Assembly (NCBI GenBank): GCA_018057165.1
Contig: JAGPEG010000001.1
Coordinates: forward strand, 1-53,439
Length of the DNA: 53,439 bases
Direction of reading: 5' to 3'
Source: Tabrizicola sp.
GTDB lineage: Bacteria; Pseudomonadota; Alphaproteobacteria; Rhodobacterales; Rhodobacteraceae
Made by a program: the position numbers and the translations under genes. Below the pieces are notes generated by a model, which worked only from the letters and a program-made list of their open reading frames with translations, searched no databases and was not told the origin of the DNA. This document shows, one piece after another, positions 45,514-53,439 of this stretch; position 1 is the first letter of the stretch, and each line of letters opens with the position of its first letter.

Positions 45514-46680
45514 ATGACAAGAACCGGATCAAGACTGCGGGCAACCTTGGTGCTTGGCGCAAGTGCCTTGGCGCTGGCAGGGTGCATGGACACCGGCAAC
45601 CTCGACTGGGACCTGCGCGCAGGCGGCGGCGACACGTCGGACGCCGCGCGGCAGGCGACAGCGGCGGCGCCGACACCCGATGGCAACGGCATCATTTCCT
45701 ACCCCGATTACCAGATGGCCAGCGCCCGGCGCGGGGAAACCGTCGCCAGCATGGCGGGCCGGCTGGGCATGACCCCCGAAGATCTGGCGCGCACCAATGC
45801 CCTGCGCCCGACCGACCCCCTGCGCGAGGGCGAGATGCTCTTGCTGCCGAAGCGGGTCTCGGCCATGCCGCAACCGGCGGTGATCGGCGGCACTGGCTCG
45901 GGCGGTGGCTCGGTCGACATCACCTCGATCGCCACCACCGCGCTGGACGCGGCGGGGCCGACGCCCGTCGCCCCCTCGCCCGTGGCCTCGAAGCCGGTCT
46001 CGGGCCAGCCGCTGACCCACCGTGTCGCGCGGGGCGAGACGGCCTTCACCATCGCGCGGACCTACAATGTCTCGGCCAAGGCGCTGGCGGACTGGAACCA
46101 GCTTGGCTCCGACATGGCGGTGCGCGAGGGGCAGACGCTGATCATCCCCATTGCCACCGCCGCCGCGCCGGACCCGGAGCCGGTGCCGACCGCGCCGGGC
46201 GCAGGCTCACCCACGCCCGAGCCGCCCTCGGCCAAGACGCCGCTGCCCGACGAGAAGACCGAGGCCAGCGGGACCAAGCCCAAGGGCACCCCGGCCTCGC
46301 CCGACCTCGGGGCGGAAAAGACCAAGCCTTCGAAGATGGCGATGCCGGCCTCGGGCAAGATCATCCGGGGCTATGACGCGAAGAAGAACCAGGGGATCGA
46401 CATCGCCGCCGCTGCGGGAAGCAGCGTGAAGGCGGCGGATACGGGCACGGTGACGGTGCTGTCGGCGGACACCAACGGCAAGGGGATCGTGATCATCCGC
46501 CACGCCGGGGACCTCTTGACGGTCTATGTCGGCGTTTCGGGCATGGTGGTGAAGAAGGGCGACAAGGTGAAGCGCGGCCAGGAGATCGGCAAGGTCGCGG
46601 CGGGCAACCCGGCCTTCGTGCATTTCGAGGTGCGCAATACCTCGAAGCAAAGCTTCGATCCGGTGGGGTATCTGCAGTAG
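45514..46680 (+). CDS. nlpD: NlpD-like lipoprotein with 2 LysM domains and a degenerate M23/LytM domain
   Basis: LAGC lipobox, two LysM domains, NQGIDI and VHFEVR; surE-pcm-nlpD synteny. Confidence 0.85.
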   Translation: MTRTGSRLRATLVLGASALALAGCMDTGNLDWDLRAGGGDTSDAARQATAAAPTPDGNGIISYPDYQMASARRGETVASMAGRLGMTPEDLARTNALRPTDPLREGEMLLLPKRVSAMPQPAVIGGTGSGGGSVDITSIATTALDAAGPTPVAPSPVASKPVSGQPLTHRVARGETAFTIARTYNVSAKALADWNQLGSDMAVREGQTLIIPIATAAAPDPEPVPTAPGAGSPTPEPPSAKTPLPDEKTEASGTKPKGTPASPDLGAEKTKPSKMAMPASGKIIRGYDAKKNQGIDIAAAAGSSVKAADTGTVTVLSADTNGKGIVIIRHAGDLLTVYVGVSGMVVKKGDKVKRGQEIGKVAAGNPAFVHFEVRNTSKQSFDPVGYLQ

Positions 46681-46714
46681 GAGGCAGGGCCGGGGTTTCT
46701 GCGAAAGTTCGGGA

Positions 46715-46885
46715 TTAGCTGAAAAGTTGCGGCTTCTGGCTGGTGTGGGACACCGTCAGGATTTCTGCAGTCTGCCGGATGCGCAGCACGACACGCAAGG
46801 CAGCGTTCAGGTTTCCGTCCAGTGCGATATGGGCCTGGATTTCCCGCAACCGATAGGCTGCCAGCGGCGAAATGATCAGCTTCAT
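46715..46885 (-). pseudogene. Truncated RelE/ParE-family toxin (56 aa)
   Basis: MKLIISPLA..RLREIQAHIALD.N..AALRVV.RI...AE.L is the N-terminal half of ParE; the C-terminal half is absent; ATGA-coupled to the antitoxin. Confidence 0.7.
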
Positions 46886-47061
46886 TCCAGGCCGAGAGAC
46901 TTCCAAACCTCAGCGGCGGAGATACCTTTGCCCGCCTCCAGCTCGGCAATGCCTGCCGCGAGTTCGGCCTCAAGCCATTCGTCATAGCCGGGCTCCGGCT
47001 GAACCTCGGGGCCGTCGGGCTTGGTCCAGCGGTCGATGTCGGCTTTCTTTTCGATGCGCAT
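46882..47061 (-). CDS. Short acidic antitoxin-like protein (59 aa)
   Basis: EPGYDEWLEAELAAGIAELEAGKGISAAEV pattern; GGAG RBS; upstream of the toxin remnant. Confidence 0.7.
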   Translation of the reverse strand: MRIEKKADIDRWTKPDGPEVQPEPGYDEWLEAELAAGIAELEAGKGISAAEVWKSLGLE

Positions 47062-47107
47062 GGGGTCTCCTGCGCGCAAGTATAGGCGTTTCGCCACCGT
47101 CCGGCAA

Positions 47108-48382
47108 TCAGTCCGCGACCCGTGCCACCAGCACCTTGTCGATGCGGCGGCCGTCAAGGTCGATGACCTCGAAGCGGTAGCCCTCGGCGGTGAAGCTGGC
47201 GCCGAGTTCGGGAATCCGGCCCAGCTGGTGCAGGATCAGGCCGGCGACCGTATCGTATTCCCCCGCCAGCTCGTGCGGAAGGCCGAGCCAGTCGCAGAAT
47301 TCGTCGACCGGCATCCAGCCTGCAACCAGATGGCTGCCGTCCTCGCGTTCGACCATGGCGGGTTCGTCGGTGTCGCTTGCCGCAATCGCGCCGGTGATCG
47401 CGGCAAGCACGTCTCCGCTGGTGATGATGCCTTCGAAATGGCCATATTCGTCATAGACCAGCGCGAAATGGTGTTCGGATTTCTGCAGGATTTCAAGGAC
47501 GTCCAGTGCCTCGGCCTGATCCGACACCACCGGCACGTCGTGGACCAGCGCCTTGAGGTCCAGCGTTTCCCGGCGTGAGACGGCCTGGAAGGCGTCGGAC
47601 AAGAGCACGATGCCCACCACCTCGCCCCCGGCATCAGCGACGGGCATCCGGGGTCGGGCGACCTTGCGGATCGCGGCGACGGCCTCGGCGCCGGTGGCGT
47701 CCAGCGGCAGCATCTCGACTTCGTGGCGCGGGGTCATCAGGGCGCGGGCGGTGCGGTCGGACAGGCGCATGACGCCGGTGATCATCTCGCGCTCTTCGGT
47801 TTCCAGCACCCCGCCTTCATGCGCCTCGGCAAGCAGGACATGGACCTCTTCTTCCGTCACGCGGTTCTCGCTTTCGCCGCGCTGACCGAGAAGCCAGAGA
47901 AGGACGCGGCCGGAACGGTCGAGAAGCCAGACGATCGGGGCGCCGATGACGGACAGGAAGGTCATCGCCGGGGCCATCCGGATCGCGATGCCTTCGGCGT
48001 CACGCAGCGCAAGCTGCTTCGGCACCAGCTCGCCCACGATCAGGCTGACATAGGTGATCGCGACGACGACGCCCCCCACGCCAAGGGTCGAGGCCCAGTC
48101 GGCGGCCATGCCCTGCGCCTGCAGCCATTGCTGCAAGCGCAGGCCCAGGGTCGCGCCCGACAGTGCCCCGGACAGGACGCCGACGGCGGTGATCCCGATC
48201 TGCACCGTCGACAGGAACCGGCCGGGATGTTCGGCCAGCCGCAAGGCCATGCGCGCGCCGCGGCTTTTGGCCTCCAGCGGCTTCAGGCGGGCGGGCCTTG
48301 CGCTGACGATGGCCAGCTCGGACATGGCGAGCACGCCGTTCAGGACGATCAGGGCCAGGATGACCAGGATTTCGGTGATCAT
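47108..48382 (-). CDS. Hemolysin-family (CNNM-CBS-CorC) membrane protein
   Basis: LNGVLAMSELAIVS, FLSTVQIGIT, GELVPK, DEYGHFEG and VIDLDGRRIDKV motifs. Confidence 0.93.
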   Translation of the reverse strand: MITEILVILALIVLNGVLAMSELAIVSARPARLKPLEAKSRGARMALRLAEHPGRFLSTVQIGITAVGVLSGALSGATLGLRLQQWLQAQGMAADWASTLGVGGVVVAITYVSLIVGELVPKQLALRDAEGIAIRMAPAMTFLSVIGAPIVWLLDRSGRVLLWLLGQRGESENRVTEEEVHVLLAEAHEGGVLETEEREMITGVMRLSDRTARALMTPRHEVEMLPLDATGAEAVAAIRKVARPRMPVADAGGEVVGIVLLSDAFQAVSRRETLDLKALVHDVPVVSDQAEALDVLEILQKSEHHFALVYDEYGHFEGIITSGDVLAAITGAIAASDTDEPAMVEREDGSHLVAGWMPVDEFCDWLGLPHELAGEYDTVAGLILHQLGRIPELGASFTAEGYRFEVIDLDGRRIDKVLVARVAD

Positions 48383-48434
48383 GATATACTCCGCGTAAGG
48401 CGAGACGCCGCCCGCCGCAAGGGAAGATCACATG

Positions 48435-49274
48435 TCACGCCCGGATGCGCACCCCTTCGCGCGCGGCAAGGTCACAGAAGAACTGCCAGGCCACCCGCCC
48501 CGACCGGGCGCCCCGCGTCGCCTGCCATTCCACCGCCTCGGCATGAAGCCGGTCCTCGGGGACCTTGACGCCATGCGCCGCGCAATAGCCGCGGATCATC
48601 GCCAGGTAGTCGTCCTGCGAGCAGGGATGGAAGCCGAGCCATAGTCCGAAACGGTCGGACAGGGAGACCTTCTCCTCCACCGCCTCACTGGGGTTGATCG
48701 CCGTCGACCGTTCATTCTCGATCATGTCGCGCGGCATCAGGTGGCGGCGATTGCTGGTCGCGTAGAACAGCACATTCTCGGGCCGCCCCTCGATCCCGCC
48801 ATCCAGCACGGCCTTCAGCGACTTGTAGTGCTGGTCGTCATGGCTGAACGACAGGTCGTCGCAGAACAGAAGGAAACGCTGCGGGGCCGCGCGCAGGTGC
48901 TGAAGCAGGCGCTGGACGGAAGGCAGGTCCTCACGCGAAAGCTCCACGATCTTCAGGTCATGCCCTTCCGCCCGGACCTGGGCATGGACGGCCTTCACCA
49001 GCGAGGATTTTCCCATCCCGCGCGCGCCCCAGAGGAGAGCGTTGTTCGCAGGCAACCCGGCGGCGAAATGCCGGGTGTTCTCCAAGAGAGTGTCGCGCGA
49101 ACGGTTGACCCCGATCAGAAGCCCGATGTCGACGCGGGCGACATGGGCCACCGGCTCCAGCCGGTCGGGCGCAATATGCCAGACGAAAGCCTCGGCCGCG
49201 AAGTCGGGCGCGGGGATCGGTGCCGGAGCCAGCCGCTCCAGCGCCGCCGCGATACGGTCAAGCGGGTCGCTCAT
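48435..49274 (-). CDS. DUF815 AAA+ ATP-binding protein
   Basis: [27 protein letters not shown] and SLSDRFGL motifs; typically found after tatC. Confidence 0.92.
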   Translation of the reverse strand: MSDPLDRIAAALERLAPAPIPAPDFAAEAFVWHIAPDRLEPVAHVARVDIGLLIGVNRSRDTLLENTRHFAAGLPANNALLWGARGMGKSSLVKAVHAQVRAEGHDLKIVELSREDLPSVQRLLQHLRAAPQRFLLFCDDLSFSHDDQHYKSLKAVLDGGIEGRPENVLFYATSNRRHLMPRDMIENERSTAINPSEAVEEKVSLSDRFGLWLGFHPCSQDDYLAMIRGYCAAHGVKVPEDRLHAEAVEWQATRGARSGRVAWQFFCDLAAREGVRIRA

Positions 49275-50143
49275 GCCTTGGAGCCCGCTTCTGCCTCGTC
49301 ATCCTCGTCGATGTCGACCCAGGTGCCATCGGCCCGCATCTGCGTCTCGCGCTGCTTCTCGAACCGGCTCACAAGGAAGATCGAGATTTCATACAGCGGG
49401 TAGATCACCGCAAACAGGATCAGCTGGCTCATCACATCGGGCGGCGTCACCATCGCGGCGACGGCCAGGATGCCGACCACCGCATATTTGCGCATCGCCC
49501 GCAACCCGCGCGAGGATGCCAGCCCCGCCCGCCCCATCAGCGACAAGAGGACCGGCAGCTGGAAGCAGATGCCGAAGGCCATCACGAAGCTCATGGTGAG
49601 CGCGAGATAGCTTTCCATCGAGCCCTGGAACACCACTCCCGCAGGGGCGTTGCTTGCGACTGCGCTGCCCTCTTCGAGGGTGGCCTTGAAGCTGTCCTGA
49701 TAGGACAGGAAGAAATCGAAGGCCCAGGGCAGGATCACGAAATAGGCCACCGCGCCGCCCAGGCAGAACATGATCGGCGATGCGACCAGGAAGGGCAGGA
49801 ACGCGGCCTTCTCGCTGCGGTACAGGCCGGGGGCGACAAAGCGATACAGCTGGTAGGCGATGACCGGAAACGCCAGCGCGAAGCCGCCCCAGAGACCGAT
49901 CTTCATCGAGACGAAAAAGCCTTCCTGCATCTTGATCAGCACCAGCTGGCATTGCTGCCCGCGTGCGACCAGGACATTGCACAAGGGCGCGGACAACAGG
50001 TCGAAGACCGGCTTCCAGAACACCCAGGCAAACAGGAACGCCGCCGTGAAGGCCGCGATGGAGTAAAGGATGCGATTCCTCAGTTCGGCCAGATGCTCGA
50101 TCAGGGGGGCCGAGCTGTCGTCGATGCTGTCTTGCTTCGTCAT
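49271..50143 (-). CDS. tatC: Twin-arginine translocase TatC
   Basis: [24 protein letters not shown] and TPPD motifs. Confidence 0.97.
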   Translation of the reverse strand: MTKQDSIDDSSAPLIEHLAELRNRILYSIAAFTAAFLFAWVFWKPVFDLLSAPLCNVLVARGQQCQLVLIKMQEGFFVSMKIGLWGGFALAFPVIAYQLYRFVAPGLYRSEKAAFLPFLVASPIMFCLGGAVAYFVILPWAFDFFLSYQDSFKATLEEGSAVASNAPAGVVFQGSMESYLALTMSFVMAFGICFQLPVLLSLMGRAGLASSRGLRAMRKYAVVGILAVAAMVTPPDVMSQLILFAVIYPLYEISIFLVSRFEKQRETQMRADGTWVDIDEDDEAEAGSKA

Positions 50144-50679
50144 GCCTCATCGCCCTTGGCTTTGCGCCGACGCCCCGGCGCTTTCGCGGGCTGGGCAATC
50201 TCGGGCGCATCGCTTGCGTCCAGCGCCTTCAGCTTCGCGTTCATTTCATCCATGATCGACTTGCGCGCCGCCTGCTTGTCGATCAGCGCCTGTGTCGCGG
50301 GTCCGGGCGCGGGGGTGTCGGCGACTGGCACTGCGGCCTGTGGCTGCACCGGCGGCGGGGTCTGGGGGACCGTCGGCGCCGAGGGGCGGGCGGCGTTCTT
50401 CACCGGGTCCCATTTCTCGAACTTGTCGGCGGCGGATTTCAGGCTTTGCATCCCGTTCGAGACCGGGTTCGCCACCGCCTTCAGATCGCGGCGGACTTCA
50501 TCGACCCCGCTTTCCTTGGCAGCCTGTTCCATCGCGCGGCTGAACTCACGGCCCATGGTGCGGACCTTCGCCGTGAACCGCCCCAACTGCCGGAACATCT
50601 CGGGCAGATCCTTGGGCCCCACGACGATCAGCGCCACGACGCCGATCACCATCAGTTCCATCCAGCCGATATCGAACAT
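50140..50679 (-). CDS. tatB: Twin-arginine translocase TatB
   Basis: [26 protein letters not shown]. Confidence 0.97.
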   Translation of the reverse strand: MFDIGWMELMVIGVVALIVVGPKDLPEMFRQLGRFTAKVRTMGREFSRAMEQAAKESGVDEVRRDLKAVANPVSNGMQSLKSAADKFEKWDPVKNAARPSAPTVPQTPPPVQPQAAVPVADTPAPGPATQALIDKQAARKSIMDEMNAKLKALDASDAPEIAQPAKAPGRRRKAKGDEA

Positions 50680-50723
50680 GTCTTACGCCTTCCGAAGGGT
50701 CGCGCCGCAGTTTCGCCGGAGAC

Positions 50724-50942
50724 TCAGACCTTGTCCTTGGGCGTTGCGTCCTTGGGCGTAACGTCCTTCGCCTCGTCGGCGGCCTGCTTTTCCACCTCTT
50801 CCGAGCCTTCGCGGACGCCCTTCTTGAAGGCGGTGATGCCCTTGCCGAATTCGCCCATCATCCCGGCGATCTTGCCGCGTCCGAAGAGCACCAGCACCAC
50901 GATTGCGATCAGCAGAAGCTGAAGCGGGCTTCCCATATGCAT
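50724..50942 (-). CDS. tatA: Twin-arginine translocase TatA
   Basis: LVLFGRGKI..MMGEFGKGITAFKKG. Confidence 0.95.
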   Translation of the reverse strand: MHMGSPLQLLLIAIVVLVLFGRGKIAGMMGEFGKGITAFKKGVREGSEEVEKQAADEAKDVTPKDATPKDKV

Positions 50943-51052
50943 GTCGTCATCTCCATTTTCTTGGCCGAAAGGGCCGGCCGGGGATTGTCTGACCCCTAAT
51001 AGGTCCGCCCGGCCCCCGCTTCCAAGACCGAAGCCACTTGCCCGGCGCAGTC

Positions 51053-51074
51053 TACTGACAGTATTTTGTCAGTA
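51053..51074. promoter_or_regulatory. Perfect palindromic operator TACTGACA-gtattt-TGTCAGTA
   Basis: 8-bp arms with a 6-bp spacer, 28 nt upstream of the HTH gene. Confidence 0.75.
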
Positions 51075-51102
51075 AGTGGGGGCCCCTACCCCGGAGTCAG
51101 CC

Positions 51103-51456
51103 ATGAAACGTGACGCGCGCCTTTATGACATCGTCCAGTCCCTGCGCGACGGGCGGCTGCACACGGCGTCCGAGCTGGCCGGGCGACTCGGCGTTTCCAC
51201 CCGCACGATCTGGCGCGACATGGAGATGCTGGCGGCGACCGGCCTGCCGGTGACGGGGGAACGCGGCCTTGGCTACATCCTGCGCTCGCCGCTGATGCTG
51301 CCGCCCACGATGCTGACACCCGAGGAGCTGGAGGCGTTGGTGGAAGGCCTGCGCCATGTCGGGCAAGAGGGGAACCCAAGGGCCAAGGCGGCGCGCAGCC
51401 TGCTCTACAAGGTCGCGACCCTGTTGCCGCAATCGGGGATCGAGACAGAGGGCTGA
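51103..51456 (+). CDS. YafY-type HTH_11 regulator lacking the WYL domain (117 aa)
   Basis: RLYDIVQSL..TASELA.RLGVSTRTIWRDM..L...GLPV.GERG.GY.L...PP..LT.EELEAL; stops where the WYL domain would start. Confidence 0.8.
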   Translation: MKRDARLYDIVQSLRDGRLHTASELAGRLGVSTRTIWRDMEMLAATGLPVTGERGLGYILRSPLMLPPTMLTPEELEALVEGLRHVGQEGNPRAKAARSLLYKVATLLPQSGIETEG

Positions 51457-51498
51457 GGTCATGCCTTCGGGCGTGGCCGGGGCGATCCGGGCGTTGCG

Positions 51499-52581
51499 TC
51501 AGACCCCGAACACGAAGCAGCGGTCCCGCCGGATCATCAGCCAGAGGACGGTTCCCGGCTTCGGCAGGAACACCCCCGGCACAGAGGCGGTGAGCTTCGC
51601 GCCTTCGAAGTCCATCGCGAAATCGACCAGGCTCTCGCGGCCAAGATAGCGGCTGCGCAAGACCGTGCCGCGCGCCGGGGTGCCGTCTTCCGGCGTCGGA
51701 TTGGGGCCGCGTCCGCCCCGGTCAAAGTCGATGCGCAAATGCTGCGGGCGGATCACGATCTCGACCTCGGCCCCGTCGCGGTGGCCGGGCGTCAGGAATT
51801 CGCCGAAGGGTGTGGCGGTGAGTGCCCCGCGCGAGGTGCCCCGGATCACGTTGATATCGCTGAAGAACGCCGCCGCTGCCTTGTCGACCGGGGCGTTGTA
51901 CACGTTGTAGGGCGCGCCCTGCTGCACGATCCGCCCCGCCCGCATCAGCGCGATCTCGTCGGCCATCCGCATCGCCTCGTCGGGCTCGTGCGTGACCAGA
52001 AGGACCGCGGTGCCTGCCTCTTTCAGAAGCTCCAGCGTGCGGTCGCGGATGCCGTCGCGCAGGCGGTTGTCGAGACCCGAGAACGGCTCGTCCATCAACA
52101 TCACGCGCGGGCGCGGGGCCAGGGCGCGGGCCAGCGCCACCCGTTGCTGCTCGCCCCCCGAAAGCTGGTGCGGGTGCTTGCGCCCGAAACCGGCAAGATC
52201 CACCTTTTCAAGCAGTTCTTCGATGCGTCGCGCCTTCTCTGCCCGGTCGATGCGCAGCCCGAAACCCACGTTGTCGGCCACAGTCAGATGCGGGAAAAGC
52301 GCGAAATCCTGGAACATCAGCCCGACAGAGCGCACTTCGGGCGGCACATGCACCCCCGGCCCGGCAACCGTGACGCCGTCCAGCCGCACCTCGCCCGCAT
52401 CCGCCCGCTCGACCCCGGCGATCATCCGCAACGTGGTCGATTTCCCGCAACCTGACGGCCCGAGCAGGCAAGTCACCTGCCCCGCCGCGACGGACAGCGA
52501 TACATCATCCACCACCCGCCGCCCGCCGAAAGAGCGGACAACATGGCGAACCTCAAGACGCGGCGGCGGGGTGTCGGACAT
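51499..52581 (-). CDS. Orphan ABC ATPase, FbpC/PotA (Fe3+/polyamine) type
   Basis: GPSGCGKST, FQDFALFPH, LSGGEQQR and DEPFS motifs; TOBE-like C-terminus. Confidence 0.9.
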   Translation of the reverse strand: MSDTPPPRLEVRHVVRSFGGRRVVDDVSLSVAAGQVTCLLGPSGCGKSTTLRMIAGVERADAGEVRLDGVTVAGPGVHVPPEVRSVGLMFQDFALFPHLTVADNVGFGLRIDRAEKARRIEELLEKVDLAGFGRKHPHQLSGGEQQRVALARALAPRPRVMLMDEPFSGLDNRLRDGIRDRTLELLKEAGTAVLLVTHEPDEAMRMADEIALMRAGRIVQQGAPYNVYNAPVDKAAAAFFSDINVIRGTSRGALTATPFGEFLTPGHRDGAEVEIVIRPQHLRIDFDRGGRGPNPTPEDGTPARGTVLRSRYLGRESLVDFAMDFEGAKLTASVPGVFLPKPGTVLWLMIRRDRCFVFGV

Positions 52582-52638
52582 CGAACTCAACGGAAATACT
52601 CAGGTTTTCCCTAGCAGCCCCGCCCGGCAGGGGCAAGC

Positions 52639-53415
52639 TTACATGGTCGTGTTGGTCGCCCCGCCGTCGAGAAGCAGGTTCTGCCCCACGATGAACCCCG
52701 CATGCTGCGAACAGAGAAACGCGCAGGCCGCACCGAATTCGGCCGGGGTGCCATAGCGCCCGGCGGGGATGCCCGCCTGCTGGTCCGCCCGCGCCGTCTC
52801 AAGCGGGATGTTCTTGGCCTGCGCGATGCGGCTGTCCAGTGCGAGGATGCGATCCGTGTCGTGGCTGCCGGGCAGAAGGTTGTTGATCGTGACCCCCTTG
52901 CCCGCGACCTGCCGTGCCGTCCCGGCCACGAACCCGGTCAACCCCGTCCGCGCCGCGTTCGACAGGCCCAGGCTCGCGATGGGCGCCTTCACCGAAACGC
53001 TGGTGATGTTCACCACCCGGCCCCAACCTTGCGCCATCATCCCCGGCAGCACCGCCTGCATCAGGGCGATGGGTGTCAGCATGTTGGCATCCAGCGCCTT
53101 GATGAAATCCTCGCGCGCCCAGTCCGACCACAGGCCAGGCGGCGGCCCGCCGGCATTGGTGACAAGGATGTCGAAGGGACCATGCGCCAGCACCGATGCC
53201 CGCCCGGCATCGGTCGTGATGTCGGCGGCCACCGTCGCGATCTGCACCTGATACCGCGCGCGCAAGTCCTGCGCCGCAGCCTCCAGCGCCTCTGCCCCGC
53301 GTGCGTTCATCACCAGATCGACGCCTGCCTCCGCCAGGGCCTCGGCACAGCCCCGCCCCAACCCCTTTGACGAGGCGCAGACCAGCGCCCGCTTTCCCGC
53401 AATCCCCAGATCCAT
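52639..53415 (-). CDS. SDR family oxidoreductase
   Basis: ASSKGLG, TNAGGPPPG, SNAAR and PAGRYG.P.E motifs; GGAGG RBS. Confidence 0.9.
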   Translation of the reverse strand: MDLGIAGKRALVCASSKGLGRGCAEALAEAGVDLVMNARGAEALEAAAQDLRARYQVQIATVAADITTDAGRASVLAHGPFDILVTNAGGPPPGLWSDWAREDFIKALDANMLTPIALMQAVLPGMMAQGWGRVVNITSVSVKAPIASLGLSNAARTGLTGFVAGTARQVAGKGVTINNLLPGSHDTDRILALDSRIAQAKNIPLETARADQQAGIPAGRYGTPAEFGAACAFLCSQHAGFIVGQNLLLDGGATNTTM

Positions 53416-53439
53416 GCGCAATCCCTCCTGCTTTCGGGC

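Noticed and set aside
45514-46680. Lost zinc ligands in the M23 domain
   Set aside because: Degenerate LytM domains are expected in NlpD/DipM-type amidase regulators.

Overview
GC-rich alphaproteobacterial chromosome segment. Gene content and order (ccmI-ruvX-DUF1289, dusA, iolRCDEB, surE-pcm-nlpD, tatABC) suggest Rhodobacteraceae. It holds about 50 CDS and no rRNA, tRNA, CRISPR array, integrase or transposase that I can support. Accessory blocks sit between the housekeeping genes. (1) 5.6-9.6 kb: a PepSY/OmpR/histidine-kinase locus with two divergent exported Gly-Asn-repeat proteins, a 63-aa ORF and a repeated 11-bp-period operator motif. (2) 9.6-25.3 kb: a catabolic island with a homoprotocatechuate meta-cleavage cluster (no hpaBC; FAH gene frameshifted), a kynureninase-like/isatin-hydrolase-like fusion, and an IclR-flanked deacetylase, omega-transaminase, aldehyde dehydrogenase and Tm-1-like set. 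(3) 25.5-31.3 kb: a BMP-type ABC importer plus deaminase. (4) 31.6-36.5 kb: a membrane Ser/Thr kinase followed by two paralogous LysM-solute-binding fusion proteins with no transporter. Also seen: a decayed LacI remnant, a truncated toxin-antitoxin pair, a WYL-less YafY-type HTH with a perfect palindrome upstream, and two copies of a palindrome plus IHF-like element with identical spacing. All family calls come from motif recognition by eye; no searches were run.
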